A DNA stretch of 64,000 nucleotides. It comes from Antedon mediterranea (lineage: Eukaryota > Animalia > Echinodermata). The notes beneath the pieces were generated by a model, which saw only the letters and a list, made by a program, of their open reading frames with translations, did not search any database and was not told the origin of the DNA. Shown here piece after piece: positions 26,803-41,614 of this stretch. The position numbers were made by a program, and so were the translations under genes. The stretch lies in assembly GCF_964355755.1 (NCBI RefSeq), contig NC_092672.1, forward strand, positions 2,666,001 through 2,730,000, written 5' to 3'. The first letter of the stretch is position 1. Every line of letters begins with the position of its first letter.

Positions 26803-28921
26803 TCAACTTCTTGAGACAGGCTGCTTTGTTGAATCGCCAGAACTCGCTTTGATATCCAACACCTGTTTAACAGTTGGAGTGTACATTTCCCGTAAAACCA
26901 CTTTCAAGCATTCGTCCGTTGCTATTGCTGACAAACCCCAAACTTTGTGCGCACCTCCTAGAAATACCGGCATAGTGTATGTGAAGCTTGATTGTGTGGG
27001 CGTTGCAGGTTCTCGAAAACGGGTATAACGGGTGAACAGTGGATCTGAAAGGACAGCGATGGGGATGCTGAATATACTTGTAACCTGTATATACAAAAAA
27101 AAGTACAAAGAATTTGATTGGTGAAAAGTTCTATAGCAGAAAACACTGCTTTTGATTGGTGGGATGTTTCAAAACAGAACATTATTATTATTTGTCTGTT
27201 AATTAGGATATTTCATAACAGCAAATACTGCGGAAGGTTCTATATAGAAAACACTGATTTGATTGGTGGAATGTATTGTTTTTTAAAAAATGCTGTTATT
27301 TGATGGAATGTTGTGGAATGTTTCATAACCGAAAACACTGTTATTTGATTGGTAGAATTTTTCATAAAATAAAATACTGTTATTTGATTGGAGGAATGTT
27401 TCATAATTAGCAAATGCTGTTATTTGATTGGTGGAATGTTTCATAACAGAAAACCGTGTTATTTGATTGGTGGAATGTTTCATAACAGAAAACCCTGTTA
27501 TTTGATTGGTGAAATGTTTCATAACAGAAAGCCCTGTTATTTGATTGGTGAAATGTTTCATTAGCAAATGCTGTTGTCTGATTTGTTTTTACCCTCACTC
27601 ACCTCTGATTGATTAAATTTTACTTGATCCAATTCAATTTTTCCTATGTTACATAAAACTGGAGTTACTGCAATTGTCTTGGTCTGTTGAAATAATAAAA
27701 AAAAAAAAAAAACAGAGGGTGAAAAGTTAGCCATTGTTTTTTTTTAGACCATTGTTACAGGGCCTTTAGGATGGTGCTATTTATTATAACATCCCGGTAT
27801 TGTGTGGTAGTATTACATCAAAAGTACATACATAGTCTGGAATAGGGTTTAGCTTTCCCCAGACTTCCACAGAGCTTGGCAGGATATCTATCTCCTCATG
27901 CATTTCTCTCAGACCAGTTGAAATGATGTCAGCATCACCTTCCTGCCATTTACCTCCTGGAAAACTGAAAAACAAAGAGAGAATGGAAAATAATTACTCG
28001 CTTACCAATTCCAAAGTATTGGGTTCAAATCCTGTCCAATGGCAGTTGTTGTTCTGAGAGACATCATGTATGCTACAGAGAATCCTAACTGTATGACTGC
28101 ATCAGGATTATGACATTTTAATTAGATATAATGGTCAAGTTCAGGTTTACTTGCGCTAATGCACAGCTAGAGGCGAGACTATCTTTAGGGCTAGGTTCAA
28201 CCATGGACCTATAAATTAGAAGTCCATGGTTCAACTAATGATAATGCACTTGTCAATTGTATTGCCCACTTTGTGACCCCTTTCATTTGTACAATGTGCA
28301 TCATACCTTATGAATACCATGATTCACCCCTGTTTAAAAAATGTGACTTACCTTTAGGTGACCATGACGCATCCATTTTGATGCACTGTTACCATGTTGT
28401 TTATGATATGATGGGTGGGTGGTAAAGTGACGGACATTGACACACCATTGTTCATTGATGTGACGTACCATCTACTGTAGGTTTTTTGATGCACCCCAGT
28501 GTAAATAATTATTTGTAATGACGCTTCCATGACGCGGGTCGTGTGGGTCACAATTGACAAGTGCATATAAGCGTTGCCGTGTCCTGGACTAACCCTAAAG
28601 ACAATCTCGGTGTGATAAAGTGCAGTAGCGTCGATTGACCTACCTAACTTGACCTCTATGAGATTTAAGCTCTGTTGACCTTAGTGTGAATAAGATGGAT
28701 GGTTGATTGTTCACTGTACACATTGGGATACAAACGGCTGCGTTTAATTTCAACCCTTTCAACATTCTTCTTAGAGGATGTACTTGGTCCATTATCTTTA
28801 TTGCTCTTTCTTTATTATTTGACGAGAAAACATTTTCTGGTATCCAAGAAGAGGATGTTCTGTTGCTATAGTGACAACTACGCATGGAAAAGACAACTTG
28901 ATACCGAAGTGACCGGTACAT
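26803..28921 (-). CDS. NUDT8: Nudix CoA diphosphatase NUDT8, 4 coding exons
   Basis: Exons 28921-28644, 27964-27832, 27683-27603, 27084-26803; ILFTLRS..HRGQVSFPGGK CoA motif, REMHEE Nudix box, YTMPVFLGGAHKVWGLSA; basic N-terminus resembling a mitochondrial presequence. Confidence 0.9.
27110..27580. repeat. 39-bp minisatellite in NUDT8 intron 3
   Basis: Unit CTGTTATTTGATTGGTGGAATGTTTCATAACAGAAAACC; most regular 27292-27580, degenerate to the left. Confidence 0.9.
28244..28566. mobile_element. MITE in NUDT8 intron 1
   Basis: TIRs ATGCACTTGTCAATTG / CAATTGACAAGTGCAT; ATA on both flanks. Confidence 0.7.
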
Positions 28922-29833
28922 GCTTGCAAACGTTAAATTTTATTGTAAATAAATCCTAAGATGCATGGTTGAACCTGATAAATAAAATAAAAATAATCAT
29001 TAATATAGTAAATTAGTTGAAAACAGCAAATTAATTAAACGTTTGAAGACGGTGTTCTTTCTGAGTGCTATATTAAGATGTCAACGACTAGGCCACTTCT
29101 ACTCTACTAATAAAATTATATTAGTTAGTAATTACTAATAATAATTATTACATTAATAATACTGAAATTGCACAGCTGGTTTACCACACTGGCACCGTAC
29201 TTGCCACACCCCTGCCAACAGTCACAAGCTATATGCAAAATAGTGCAGGTACTCTTTATCAGGATATCCTAGTTAGGCCTACTACTAGCCTACTAAAGCT
29301 ACTACTGTACTACTGCCTACTGTACTGAAGTACCAGGGAGGTAGGTCCCTCCCTGGTACTATCTGGTAGTAGGCCTAGCTAGAGTAGTAGTACATACAAG
29401 TACCTCCTCCCATGGAGTATGCTCCTCCACCACCACCACTACTAATAATACCTGCGCTGTCATTCATTTCAAATCAATCATTTTTTTTGTCAAATGATTG
29501 TTCAAAAAACACAACTCGTTAAATAACGGGATCTTGTTTTGTACTTCTTTCAATGTGTTAATTTACTATAAATGAAACAACAACAGTGTTTTTTGTTTGT
29601 TTTTATACTATAAATACCTAGGCCCTAGGCCTGCATACCTACGGTATCCTACTGCAATACTGCATTCCTCCTCTAAACGACTTTTTTGATCTGTGATCGA
29701 GGTGTGATCTGTTGTTGTTTATTGTTTATCAATATTGCGCCCTCACCGCCGACGGAGAGAAGTTCGCGAGAGTAGGCCTCGCCTCCTCCGATCCTAGAGC
29801 CACTCTCCTAGGTGGCCTAACTAAATTAAGAAA

Positions 29834-32366
29834 ATGGCTGCGCCTATAAAAAAAACGATAGAGTTGTTTTACGACGTTATATCACCATATTCTTGGCTTG
29901 CATTTGAAGTAATTATTAATAATACACTTCAAAATCTTAGTCTTGACTCTTAGCTACTCTAGCTACAAACTAAAACTAAAACTTAAAGGCAAGAAGTCTA
30001 CTCTAGCCTACTAGATAGCTAGCTAGGCCTAGCCTAGGCCTAGTCCTCCCAAACCATGCATATATGGAGAGTAAATGTCCTACTCCTGGAGGCCTAGCTA
30101 GGCCCTAGTATAGATTTTAGGCCAGACAGGAGGCCAGGCTAAAATAAAAGGCTATGCTGTATGCTCTTCTGTCTGCGTAGGAGCTAGGCTTACTGGCTAC
30201 TAGCTAGGCGGGCCAACAAACAGTGAACATTGTTTGACATGATTGTCTAGCATGATCATTTATTCATTGCATTGTTTTGTTTGTTTTTTTTTTGCATTGA
30301 AAGTTTTCTATTTTGGGACGGCCAACAATCAATCATTGACATTTACATTGAATAATTATTATTTATTGTTTTAGATATTAGGAAGGTACAGGCAAAGATG
30401 GAATATAGACTTGCAATACAAGCCGTTTTTTCTAGGAGGTATAATGCAGGGAGCAGGTGATATAACATTTGTTATTTCTATACTGTATCTAGGTCTGAAG
30501 CATACATGCCAACACTTCCATTTTTGGCCGGGAGACTTCCGTATTTTAGGCTCGTATCTCGGCCAAATATTGTGCTCAATAGCTGTGCTGTAAAAAAATG
30601 TCGTTTATCGTTCATTGACCTTCACACCAAGTGTACCTAAACTAGCACCTGATTAATAATAGAGTTTACGATTTTTTATTTATTTTTTTTTCTGTTTATA
30701 CGTTTATTAATATGGATGATATATCCGAAATAAAAAGAAATTGAAATTGAATAAGTATAAACTAAGATAGTTTGAGTAGCATTCTATAGGATTTTACTTG
30801 TAATATTTAGATGTGGTGAAACTTAACTTATTTTTACATTTTTCAGATAATAAGCCGCCAGGGTTGAATCCTATGAAAGCAGTGTACATGTTTGATGACT
30901 TAGCAATGCAACGTGATTACACTGGTGTTCCGTTTTCAAAATCCGTCCCAACGTCATTCTTTGAACAAAGTAAGTTTGAAGGTTTGCATGGCGAAGAAAA
31001 ACAAAGATTCAGGGACATCATGTTACCGTACCACAAAACTGACTTTTAAATGTGTTAAGAGGATTAGAGTTTCTCTAAATGTATTAAATTATACTTTGTT
31101 ACAGTTTTGATAAATGTCATTTTGTCATTCTAGGTTCTTTGACGGCACAGAGATTTTTGACCGTTGTAAATGACCAACATCCAGATGACCTTGAAGAAGT
31201 ATCAAGACAATTATGGATAAGAATGTGGTCAAAGGTCAACTAGTTCAAACATTTATTTTTTCTATAAAATATAATTATATTAACTTATAATGTATATATC
31301 TCAGACTAAATTTTCCCCATACTCAGGGAAAAATTTCATTTTAAAATTTTGTTTGCAAAATTGCTAATCAAACTGATTTTTTAGTCGAGAAACATAGTTA
31401 TGTATTGTATTTTTTGCTACACATTTTAGAAATGTGTAGCAAAAAAGTTGTTTTGTATAGCTTTTTGCTATGCTACACTGGCGAAATTATTCCCTGCATA
31501 CTAGTATGTTCCCAATTTTAAAACAATCGAACCGCAATGGAATATATAATTTTATGGACTTATTATTACATAAATATTATAATATTATATGTTACATATA
31601 TAACTTTTAAATATTTTTTTTTACAGGATAAAGACATTACAGATCCCACATCCGTTCTTGAGGTATGTGAATATTTAATTTTTTTTTATAAAACTTTTTT
31701 TGCAATCAAAATTACAAAAGGCTGGATTGATATTTTAGTTGATTGTGATGAAAATTTTAATTTAAATTTAATATTATATTATTACATGATAATTATTTAT
31801 TGTGATATCAAATCTACATCTTCAATTATTTTTAGGCAGCCCAGGCTGCTGGAATGTCTGAAGAGGTTGCTAATAAATGCATGTCAAAGGTCAAAGATCA
31901 GTCAACAAAAGAAGAGTTAAAAAGAATAACAGGCATTGCACTCGAAAGTGGTGTAAGTAATTTGAATTTAAAGTTTATTTTTTATTTTTAAAATTAATTC
32001 AATTTACAGTATATATTGGCGATCTGTTGTATACAATTACATATTCAAATAAAAAACGTGATTTTAATTTGTAAAGGCATTTGGCGCACCATGGATATTA
32101 GCTCACAGTGATGGAGAAGTAAAGACATTTTGGGGAACAGATAAAATACCTCTTTTAGCTCATGTAATAGGTAAAAACGCAAACAAATTATCAAATACTT
32201 GTAGTAGGCATACGTATTTTAGTATTTTAAAATCACTGTATTATTAGCAGTATTTTCATCATATCTTTGTCAATGTTTTCATTAGAAATTAATACTGTGA
32301 TAATATTATTTTATACTTACAGGTGAAAAATGGGAAGGTCCATTAAAACCATCATCAAAATTATAG
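29834..32366 (+). CDS. GSTK1: Kappa-class glutathione S-transferase, 8 exons, C-terminal PTS1 (SKL)
   Basis: Exons 29834-29908, 30375-30456, 30847-30969, 31134-31234, 31627-31662, 31836-31952, 32077-32170, 32323-32366; LFYDVISPYSWLAFE, PFFLGGIMQ, NKPPG, GAFGAP, GEKWEGP..SKL*. Confidence 0.94.
31324..31496. mobile_element. 173-bp MITE with 6-bp TSD in GSTK1 intron 4
   Basis: TIRs CAGGGAAAAATTTC / GAAATTATTCCCTG; TSD CATACT; absent at the paralogous site ~54385. Confidence 0.85.
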
Positions 32367-33206
32367 TCTGCTGCCCTCTACAAATTTCAGTTTGTCAAAC
32401 TTTTTAAACAAGATCAACATTACTGCTGTTTTAATCAAAAATTGTATCATGGTTTTAATTGTGATTGTAAATAATATTTGTGTTTATCTATTATATTCAT
32501 TGCAACCACTATTTTTAATTCATCATTACAAGAAACCAATTTAGGATGTAATATTGTGAAAAATTGATTATAACCAAACCTTTTAAAATTTATGAATACT
32601 GTATTAAATCAACGATATTTTATAAACAATATTTAATATAAACGGTGACTTTGTTTTAAAATAATGTGTAACATTAAAGTAAAGGAATTATCACCAGTTT
32701 ATTTGCATAGTGTATAGTTTTTATTGAAACAGCTAAAATATATATTAATCAAAGACTTAGACCTTTAAAAAAATGACAGAAATTAAATTTAGAGTAAGTT
32801 AGGTCCATCTCCTCAAACACCACCCCCTCCCCTGCCAAACCATTGTATTCTCTCTATTATAACACTACATCTGTATTTTAACTTTAAAGTGATCTGAGCA
32901 TCTTGGAAATAGTAAATCAAAAACACTCCTTGTATGTATTAGAATTATTAGGTTAGTTGTTTTTGTAAACTATAGTAATCAATAATATATGGACAGTTTG
33001 TCTGAAATAAAGTTGAATTGAATTGTTAGCATTTTGACTGAACTTATCCCTGTTACAAACTGAACATAAAGCATTCCTTTATTATGCAAAATATTAAACA
33101 ATAACATTTTTGTTTACTTCTGGTTTAATTGGTTAGGAGGAGGTGGATAGGTTTTTGAATTAAAGTTTTTAATAAATAGTTTGTTTTTTTATGGGTTTGC
33201 TACTAA

Positions 33207-33343
33207 AGCTCTGTCTTTACACTTTGTGACAAAAAAATGTGGTGTGTCCATATATGGACATTATGATATCGTATCTCTACCATTTGGGCATATTGCTACC
33301 ATATTTGGGCACATCACACTTTGTTGGTCATGTAGACAGAGCT
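33207..33343. mobile_element. Family B Harbinger-like MITE
   Basis: AGCTCTGTCT..AGACAGAGCT TIRs with TAA TSD; paralogous copy at 56770-56957. Confidence 0.8.
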
Positions 33344-33834
33344 TAAGTTTGTTTATATTTAGACTTAAAAAATGAAGTGATTTTGGGTGACAAAGGGTGG
33401 ACCTCGCGAAACTAGTGCTACTCCTCCCACTGGACCTGGCCCTGATCGCATGATCATGACATCATGGTCTCTGCAGGTTTATTTTTGACATGCTGTAGAC
33501 ATCACACAATACTAAAAAAAGATAACATTTAAAAAAAAACTTTATTAATAATTTTGTCCTCAAGAAAAAGTGATTTTACATGAGTCATTGGAACAACATT
33601 GATAATAATTAACATTAATTTTACTATCATTATCAACAATAATTACATAAAAATATTCTAAAAACTTAACAATAATATACAATACATAAGTATACACAGA
33701 TGGAATATAACCGTACAGAACATATTACTTTAAAATGACAATTGTTATTTATTATACTGCAAAGTAGATTATTAATATATTATTAAATGATTTAATATTT
33801 TCTTTCTTATAACACATTAATATATAATACTAGG

Positions 33835-36800
33835 CATTCATACACAACTATCACATAATGTAATATGGCAGTATGCTCACTGTATACACATTCATACACA
33901 ACTATCACATAATGTAATATGGCAGTATGCTCACTGCATACACATTCATACACAACTATCACATAATGTAATATGGCAGTATGCTCACTGTATACACATT
34001 CACACACAACTATCACATAATGTAATATGGCAGTATGCTCACTGTATACACATTCATACACAACTATCACATAATGTAATATGCCAGTATGCTCACTGCA
34101 TACACATTCATACACAACTATCACATAATGTAATATGGCAGTATGCTCACTGCATACACATTCATACACAACTATCACATAATGTAATATGGCAGTATGC
34201 TCACTGTATACACATTCATACACAACTATCACATAATGTAATATGGCAGTATGCTCACTGTATACACATTCACACACAACTATCACATAATGTAATATGG
34301 CAGTATGCTCACTGTATACACATTCATACACAACTATCACATAATGTAATATGGCAGTATGCTCACTGTATACACATTCATACACAACTATCACATAATG
34401 TAATATGGCAGTATGCTCACTGCATACACATTCATACACAACTATCACATAATGTAATATGGCAGTATGCTCACTGTATACACATTCACACACAACTATC
34501 ACATAATGTAATATGGCAGTATGCTCACTGTATACACATTCATACACAACTATCACATAATGTAATATGCCAGTATGCTCACTGTATACACATTCATACA
34601 CAACTATCACATAATGTAATATGGCAGTATGCTCACTGCATACACATTCATACACAACTATCACATAATGTAATATGGCAGTATGCTCACTGTATACACA
34701 TTCACACACAACTATCACATAATGTAATATGGCAGTATGCTCACTGCATACACATTCATACACAACTATCACAAAATGTAATATGGCAGTATGCTCACTG
34801 TATACACATTCACACACAACTATCACATAATGTAATATGGCAGTATGCTCACTGTATACACATTCACACACAACTATCACATAATGTAATATGGCAGTAT
34901 GCTCACTGCATACACATTCATACACAACTATCACATAATGTAATATGGCAGTATGCTCACTGTATACACATTCATACACAACTATCACATAATGTAATAT
35001 GGCAGTATGCTCACTGTATACACATTCACACACAACTATCACATAATGTAATATGGCAGTATGCTCACTGCATACACATTCATACATACACAACTATCAC
35101 ATAATGTAACATGGCAGTATGCTCACTGTATACACATTCATACACAACTATCACATAATGTAATATGGCAGTATGCTCACTGTATACACATTCACACACA
35201 ACTATCACATAATGTAATATGGCAGTATGCTCACTGCATACACATTCATACACAACTATCACATAATGTAATATGGCAGTATGCTCACTGTATACACATT
35301 CACACACAACTATCACATAATGTAATATGGCAGTATGCTCACTGCATACACATTCATACACAACTATCACATAATGTAATATGGCAGTATGCTCACTGTA
35401 TACACATTCACACACAACTATCACATAATGTAATATGGCAGTATGCTCACTGTATACACATTCATACACAACTATCACATAATGTAATATGTCAGTATGC
35501 TCACTGTATACACATTCACACACAACTATCACATAATGTAATATGGCAGTATGCTCACTGCATACACATTCATACACAACTATCACATAATGTAATATGG
35601 CAGTATGCTCACTGCATACACATTCATACACAACTATCACATAATGTAATATGGCAGTATGCTCACTGCATACACATTCATACACAACTATCACATAATG
35701 TAATATGGCAGTATGCTCACTGCATACACATCCATACACAACTATCACATAATGTAATATGGCAATATGCTCACTGTATACACATTCATACACAACTATC
35801 ACATAATGTAATATGACAGTATGCTCACTGTATACACATTCATACACAACTATCACATAATGTAATATGGCAGTATGCTCACTACATACACATTCATACA
35901 CAACTATCACATAATGTAATATGGCAGTATGCTCACTGCATACACATTCACACACAACTATCACATAATGTAATATGACAGTATGCTCACTGCATACACA
36001 TTCATACACAACTATCACATAATGTAATATGGCAGTATGCTCACTGTATACACATTCATACACAACTTTCACATAATGTAATATGACAGTATGCTCACTG
36101 CATACACATTCATACACAACTATCACATAATGTAATATGGCAGTATGCTCACTGTATACACATTCATACACAACTATCACATAATGTAATATGATAGTAT
36201 GCTCACTGCATACACATTCACACACAACTATCACATAATGTAATATGGCAGTATGCTCACTGTATACACATTCATACACAACTATCACATAATGTAATAT
36301 GGCAGTATGCTCACTGTATACACATTCACACACAACTTTCACATAATGTAATATGGCAGTATGCTCACTGTATACACATTCACACACAACTATCACATAA
36401 TGTAATATGGCAGTATGCTCACTGTATACACATTCACACACAACTATCACATAATGTAATATGGCAGTATGCTCACTGTATACACATTCACACACAACTA
36501 TCACATAATGTAATATGGCAGTATGCTCACTGTATACACATTCATACACAACTATCACATAATGTAATATGGCAGTATTCTCACTGCATACACATTCACC
36601 CACAACTATCACATAATGTAATATGGCAGTATGCTCACTGCATACACATTCATACACAACTATCACATAATGTAATATGGCAGTATGCTCATTGTATACA
36701 CATTCACACACAACTATCACATAATGTAATATGGCAGTATGCTCACTGTATACACATTCACACACAACTATCACATAATGTAATATGGCAGTATGCTTAC

Positions 36801-37896
36801 TGTATACACATTCACACACAACTATCACATATTGTAATATGGCAGTATGCTCACTGTATACACATTCACACACAACTATCACATAATGTAATATGGCAGT
36901 ATGCTCACTGTATACACATTCATACACAACTATCACATAATGTAATATGGCAGTATGCTCACTGCATACACATTCATACATAACTATCACATAATGTAAT
37001 ATGGCAGTATGCTCACTGCATACACATTCATACACAACTATCACATAATGTAATATGGCAGTATGCTCACTGCATACACATTCATACACAACTATCACAT
37101 AATGTAATATGGCAGTATGCTCACTGTATACACATTCATACACAACTATCACATAATGAAATATGGCAGTATGCTCACTGTATACACATTCACACACAAC
37201 TATCACATAATGTAATATGGCAGTATGCTCACTGCATACACATTCATACACAACTATCACATAATGTAATATGGCAGTATGCTCACTGTTTACACATTCA
37301 TACACAACTATCACATAATGTAATATGACAGTATGCCCTCTGCATACACACTCATACACAACTATCACATAATGTAATATGGCAGTATGCTCACTGTATA
37401 CACATTCATACACAACTATCACATACTGTAATATGGCAGTATGCTCACTGCATACACATTCATACACAACTATCACATAATGTAATATGGCAGTATACTC
37501 ACTGTATACACATTCATACACAACTATCACATAATGTAATATGGCAGTATGCTCACTGCATACACATTCATACACAACTATCACATAATGTAATATTGCA
37601 GTATGCTCACTGCATACACATTCATACACACCTATCACATAATGTAATATTGCAGTATGCTCACTGTGTACACATTCACACACAACTATCACATAATGTA
37701 ATATGGCAGTATGCTCACTGCATACACATTCATACACAACTATCACATAATGTAATATGGCAGTATGCTCACTGCATACACATTCTTACACAGCTATCAC
37801 ATAATGTAATATGACAGTATGCTCACTGTATACACATTCATACACAACTATCACATAATGTAATATGGCAGTATGCTCACTGCATACACATTCACA
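33835..37896. repeat. 54-bp satellite array A (~75 units)
   Basis: Unit CACAACTATCACATAATGTAATATGGCAGTATGCTCACTG(T/C)ATACACATTCA(T/C)A. Confidence 0.98.
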
Positions 37897-40800
37897 TTTA
37901 CTACAAATGAAATATATCAAGATATTATGAAATAGGCACTGGTTTAGGCCTACTTTTGGTTTTCTAAAGATACAAACAAGATCATATTTTGTGCAAATTA
38001 GTGTTTCATTGAAAAGTCAAGCATACAAGTCTAAATTGAACATATCATATCATTTAATCATATATTATTTATTTAATCATATATTTATATTTATTTAATC
38101 ATATATTAGAAGGAAATAATTGTTTATAATAAGATTCATGTTTTAATGTAAAATAATTTAAAGAAAGAGAGAGTGCAGAACACAATAATAAATATCATTT
38201 CTGTCTGTTCTTAGCTAGTGTCCCACCAAGTCTTTACAATATTGAAATACTTACATTACAATAATCCCTAGGCCTAGTCTACTTACAAACTTCAACTTTA
38301 GCAATCGAATGACTGAATGAATGAAAAGAACATACCTCAAATATGTGCAGACTAGACAAGCCGAGTTGAGGCAGTCAGTAGTAGGCTAGTAAGTAGGCCT
38401 AGCACAGACAAACAAGGTATAAGTTCTAGACCTGTTTAGGCTAGACCTAGGCGAGGCCTATGCCTACACAGTTTTCAGCTAGGCTAGGCCTAGCAATAGG
38501 CCTAGTCTAGAGCCTAGCCTAGCCTACTTTCTAGGCCGCCTAGCCTAGATAGACTCATCATTTTTTAGACATTGTTGCCTATGTTGTAGCCTACCTACTC
38601 TAGTAATAATAATAGTGCTTGATGGACAATTTATACAGATTTTTGTTCTTTGTGGCTGCAGACATTCAGTCAGATCGGGAGTCAGATAGAACCAAATATT
38701 AAATGAACGAATTTGAAAATGAAAATCTCCTCTACTATACTAGCTGCTGCTAGCTGCTGCAGCTGTTTTGATTACGCGTATGATGTAGACACGCGCGCGA
38801 CAAGGAAGATGAATATGGATGAATTTGATGATCGCGACCAAATATATAACTAAAACAAAATGTATTTCTTTAATAATAATAATGTAATATGGCAGTATTC
38901 TCACTGCATACACATTCACCCACAACTATCACATAATGTAATATGGCAGTATGCTCACTGCATACACATTCATACACAACTATCACATAATGTAATATGG
39001 CAGTATGCTCATTGTATACACATTCACACACAACTATCACATAATGTAATATGGCAGTATGCTCACTGTATACACATTCACACACAACTATCACATAATG
39101 TAATATGGCAGTATGCTTACTGTATACACATTCACACACAACTATCACATATTGTAATATGGCAGTATGCTCACTGTATACACATTCACACACAACTATC
39201 ACATAATGTAATATGGCAGTATGCTCACTGTATACACATTCATACACAACTATCACATAATGTAATATGGCAGTATGCTCACTGCATACACATTCATACA
39301 TAACTATCACATAATGTAATATGGCAGTATGCTCACTGCATACACATTCATACACAACTATCACATAATGTAATATGGCAGTATGCTCACTGCATACACA
39401 TTCATACACAACTATCACATAATGTAATATGGCAGTATGCTCACTGTATACACATTCATACACAACTATCACATAATGAAATATGGCAGTATGCTCACTG
39501 TATACACATTCACACACAACTATCACATAATGTAATATGGCAGTATGCTCACTGCATACACATTCATACACAACTATCACATAATGTAATATGGCAGTAT
39601 GCTCACTGTTTACACATTCATACACAACTATCACATAATGTAATATGACAGTATGCCCTCTGCATACACACTCATACACAACTATCACATAATGTAATAT
39701 GGCAGTATGCTCACTGTATACACATTCATACACAACTATCACATACTGTAATATGGCAGTATGCTCACTGCATACACATTCATACACAACTATCACATAA
39801 TGTAATATGGCAGTATACTCACTGTATACACATTCATACACAACTATCACATAATGTAATATGGCAGTATGCTCACTGCATACACATTCATACACAACTA
39901 TCACATAATGTAATATTGCAGTATGCTCACTGCATACACATTCATACACACCTATCACATAATGTAATATTGCAGTATGCTCACTGTGTACACATTCACA
40001 CACAACTATCACATAATGTAATATGGCAGTATGCTCACTGCATACACATTCATACACAACTATCACATAATGTAATATGGCAGTATGCTCACTGCATACA
40101 CATTCTTACACAGCTATCACATAATGTAATATGACAGTATGCTCACTGTATACACATTCATACACAACTATCACATAATGTAATATGGCAGTATGCTCAC
40201 TGCATACACATTCACATTTACTACAAATGAAATATATCAAGATATTATGAAATAGGCACTGGTTTAGGCCTACTTTTGGTTTTCTAAAGATACAAACAAG
40301 ATCATATTTTGTGCAAATTAGTGTTTCATTGAAAAGTCAAGCATACAAGTCTAAATTGAACATATCATATCATTTAATCATATATTATTTATTTAATCAT
40401 ATATTTATATTTATTTAATCATATATTAGAAGGAAATAATTGTTTATAATAAGATTCATGTTTTAATGTAAAATAATTTAAAGAAAGAGAGAGTGCAGAA
40501 CACAATAATAAATATCATTTCTGTCTGTTCTTAGCTAGTGTCCCACCAAGTCTTTACAATATTGAAATACTTACATTACAATAATCCCTAGGCCTAGTCT
40601 ACTTACAAACTTCAACTTTAGCAATCGAATGACTGAATGAATGAAAAGAACATACCTCAAATATGTGCAGACTAGACAAGCCGAGTTGAGGCAGTCAGTA
40701 GTAGGCTAGTAAGTAGGCCTAGCACAGACAAACAAGGTATAAGTTCTAGACCTGTTTAGGCTAGACCTAGGCGAGGCCTATGCCTACACAGTTTTCAGCT

Positions 40801-41193
40801 AGGCTAGGCCTAGCAATAGGCCTAGTCTAGAGCCTAGCCTAGCCTACTTTCTAGGCCGCCTAGCCTAGATAGACTCATCATTTTTTAGACATTGTTGCCT
40901 ATGTTGTAGCCTACCTACTCTAGTAATAATAATAGTGCTTGATGGACAATTTATACAGATTTTTGTTCTTTGTGGCTGCAGACATTCAGTCAGATCGGGA
41001 GTCAGATAGAACCAAATATTAAATGAACGAATTTGAAAATGAAAATCTCCTCTACTATACTAGCTGCTGCTAGCTGCTGCAGCTGTTTTGATTACGCGTA
41101 TGATGTAGACACGCGCGCGACAAGGAAGATGAATATGGATGAATTTGATGATCGCGACCAAATATATAACTAAAACAAAATGTATTTCTTTAA
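36559..41193. repeat. Apparently perfect tandem duplication, period 2320 bp (36559-38873 = 38879-41193)
   Basis: Same order of rare satellite variants and identical ~1-kb unique tail at offset 2320; TAATA filler at the junction. Confidence 0.93.
38879..40216. repeat. 54-bp satellite array B (~25 units, copy of the right part of array A)
   Basis: Same unit and variant order as 36559-37896. Confidence 0.97.
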
Positions 41194-41614
41194 AAACCAC
41201 AATTATAATAACAAATTATTACTAAACAGTTTTTATAACATATCAATTAATTACATGCTATTTTTAGATTTACAGATACAATTCTATTTTGTAATTACAA
41301 TATTGACACTTGTGTACTGCGACTTTTACAAATGCGCTCTTTATATGAATTGAGACGTAGTACACATTACATACTGTAGTTATTGGCGGATGATGATCGT
41401 GAATTTAATAATCGAAAGATATCTTTCTCTTCCAACACTCTTCAGTCAAGTAATTAATTACTTCACCTGATATATTGCAATCCCACATTTCAAGCACCTC
41501 CAGCTTAGGACACATAATGAGTAATGAAGACATTGAATTAACATCAATGTTGTGAAAGTTATTACGAGCGATATAGAGATGACGTAATGCTAATTGAACT
41601 TGTTTGAGAGAACA

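Noticed and set aside
27283-27598. 94-aa and 63-aa repetitive ORFs
   Set aside because: Products of the 39-bp intronic minisatellite
33807-40066. Long ORFs of 18-aa repeats (HTAILHYVIVVYECVYSE; HIHTQLSHNVIWQYAHCI)
   Set aside because: Translation of a 54-bp satellite that lacks stops in two frames; a +4 indel at ~35085 breaks the frame; no unique domain or credible start
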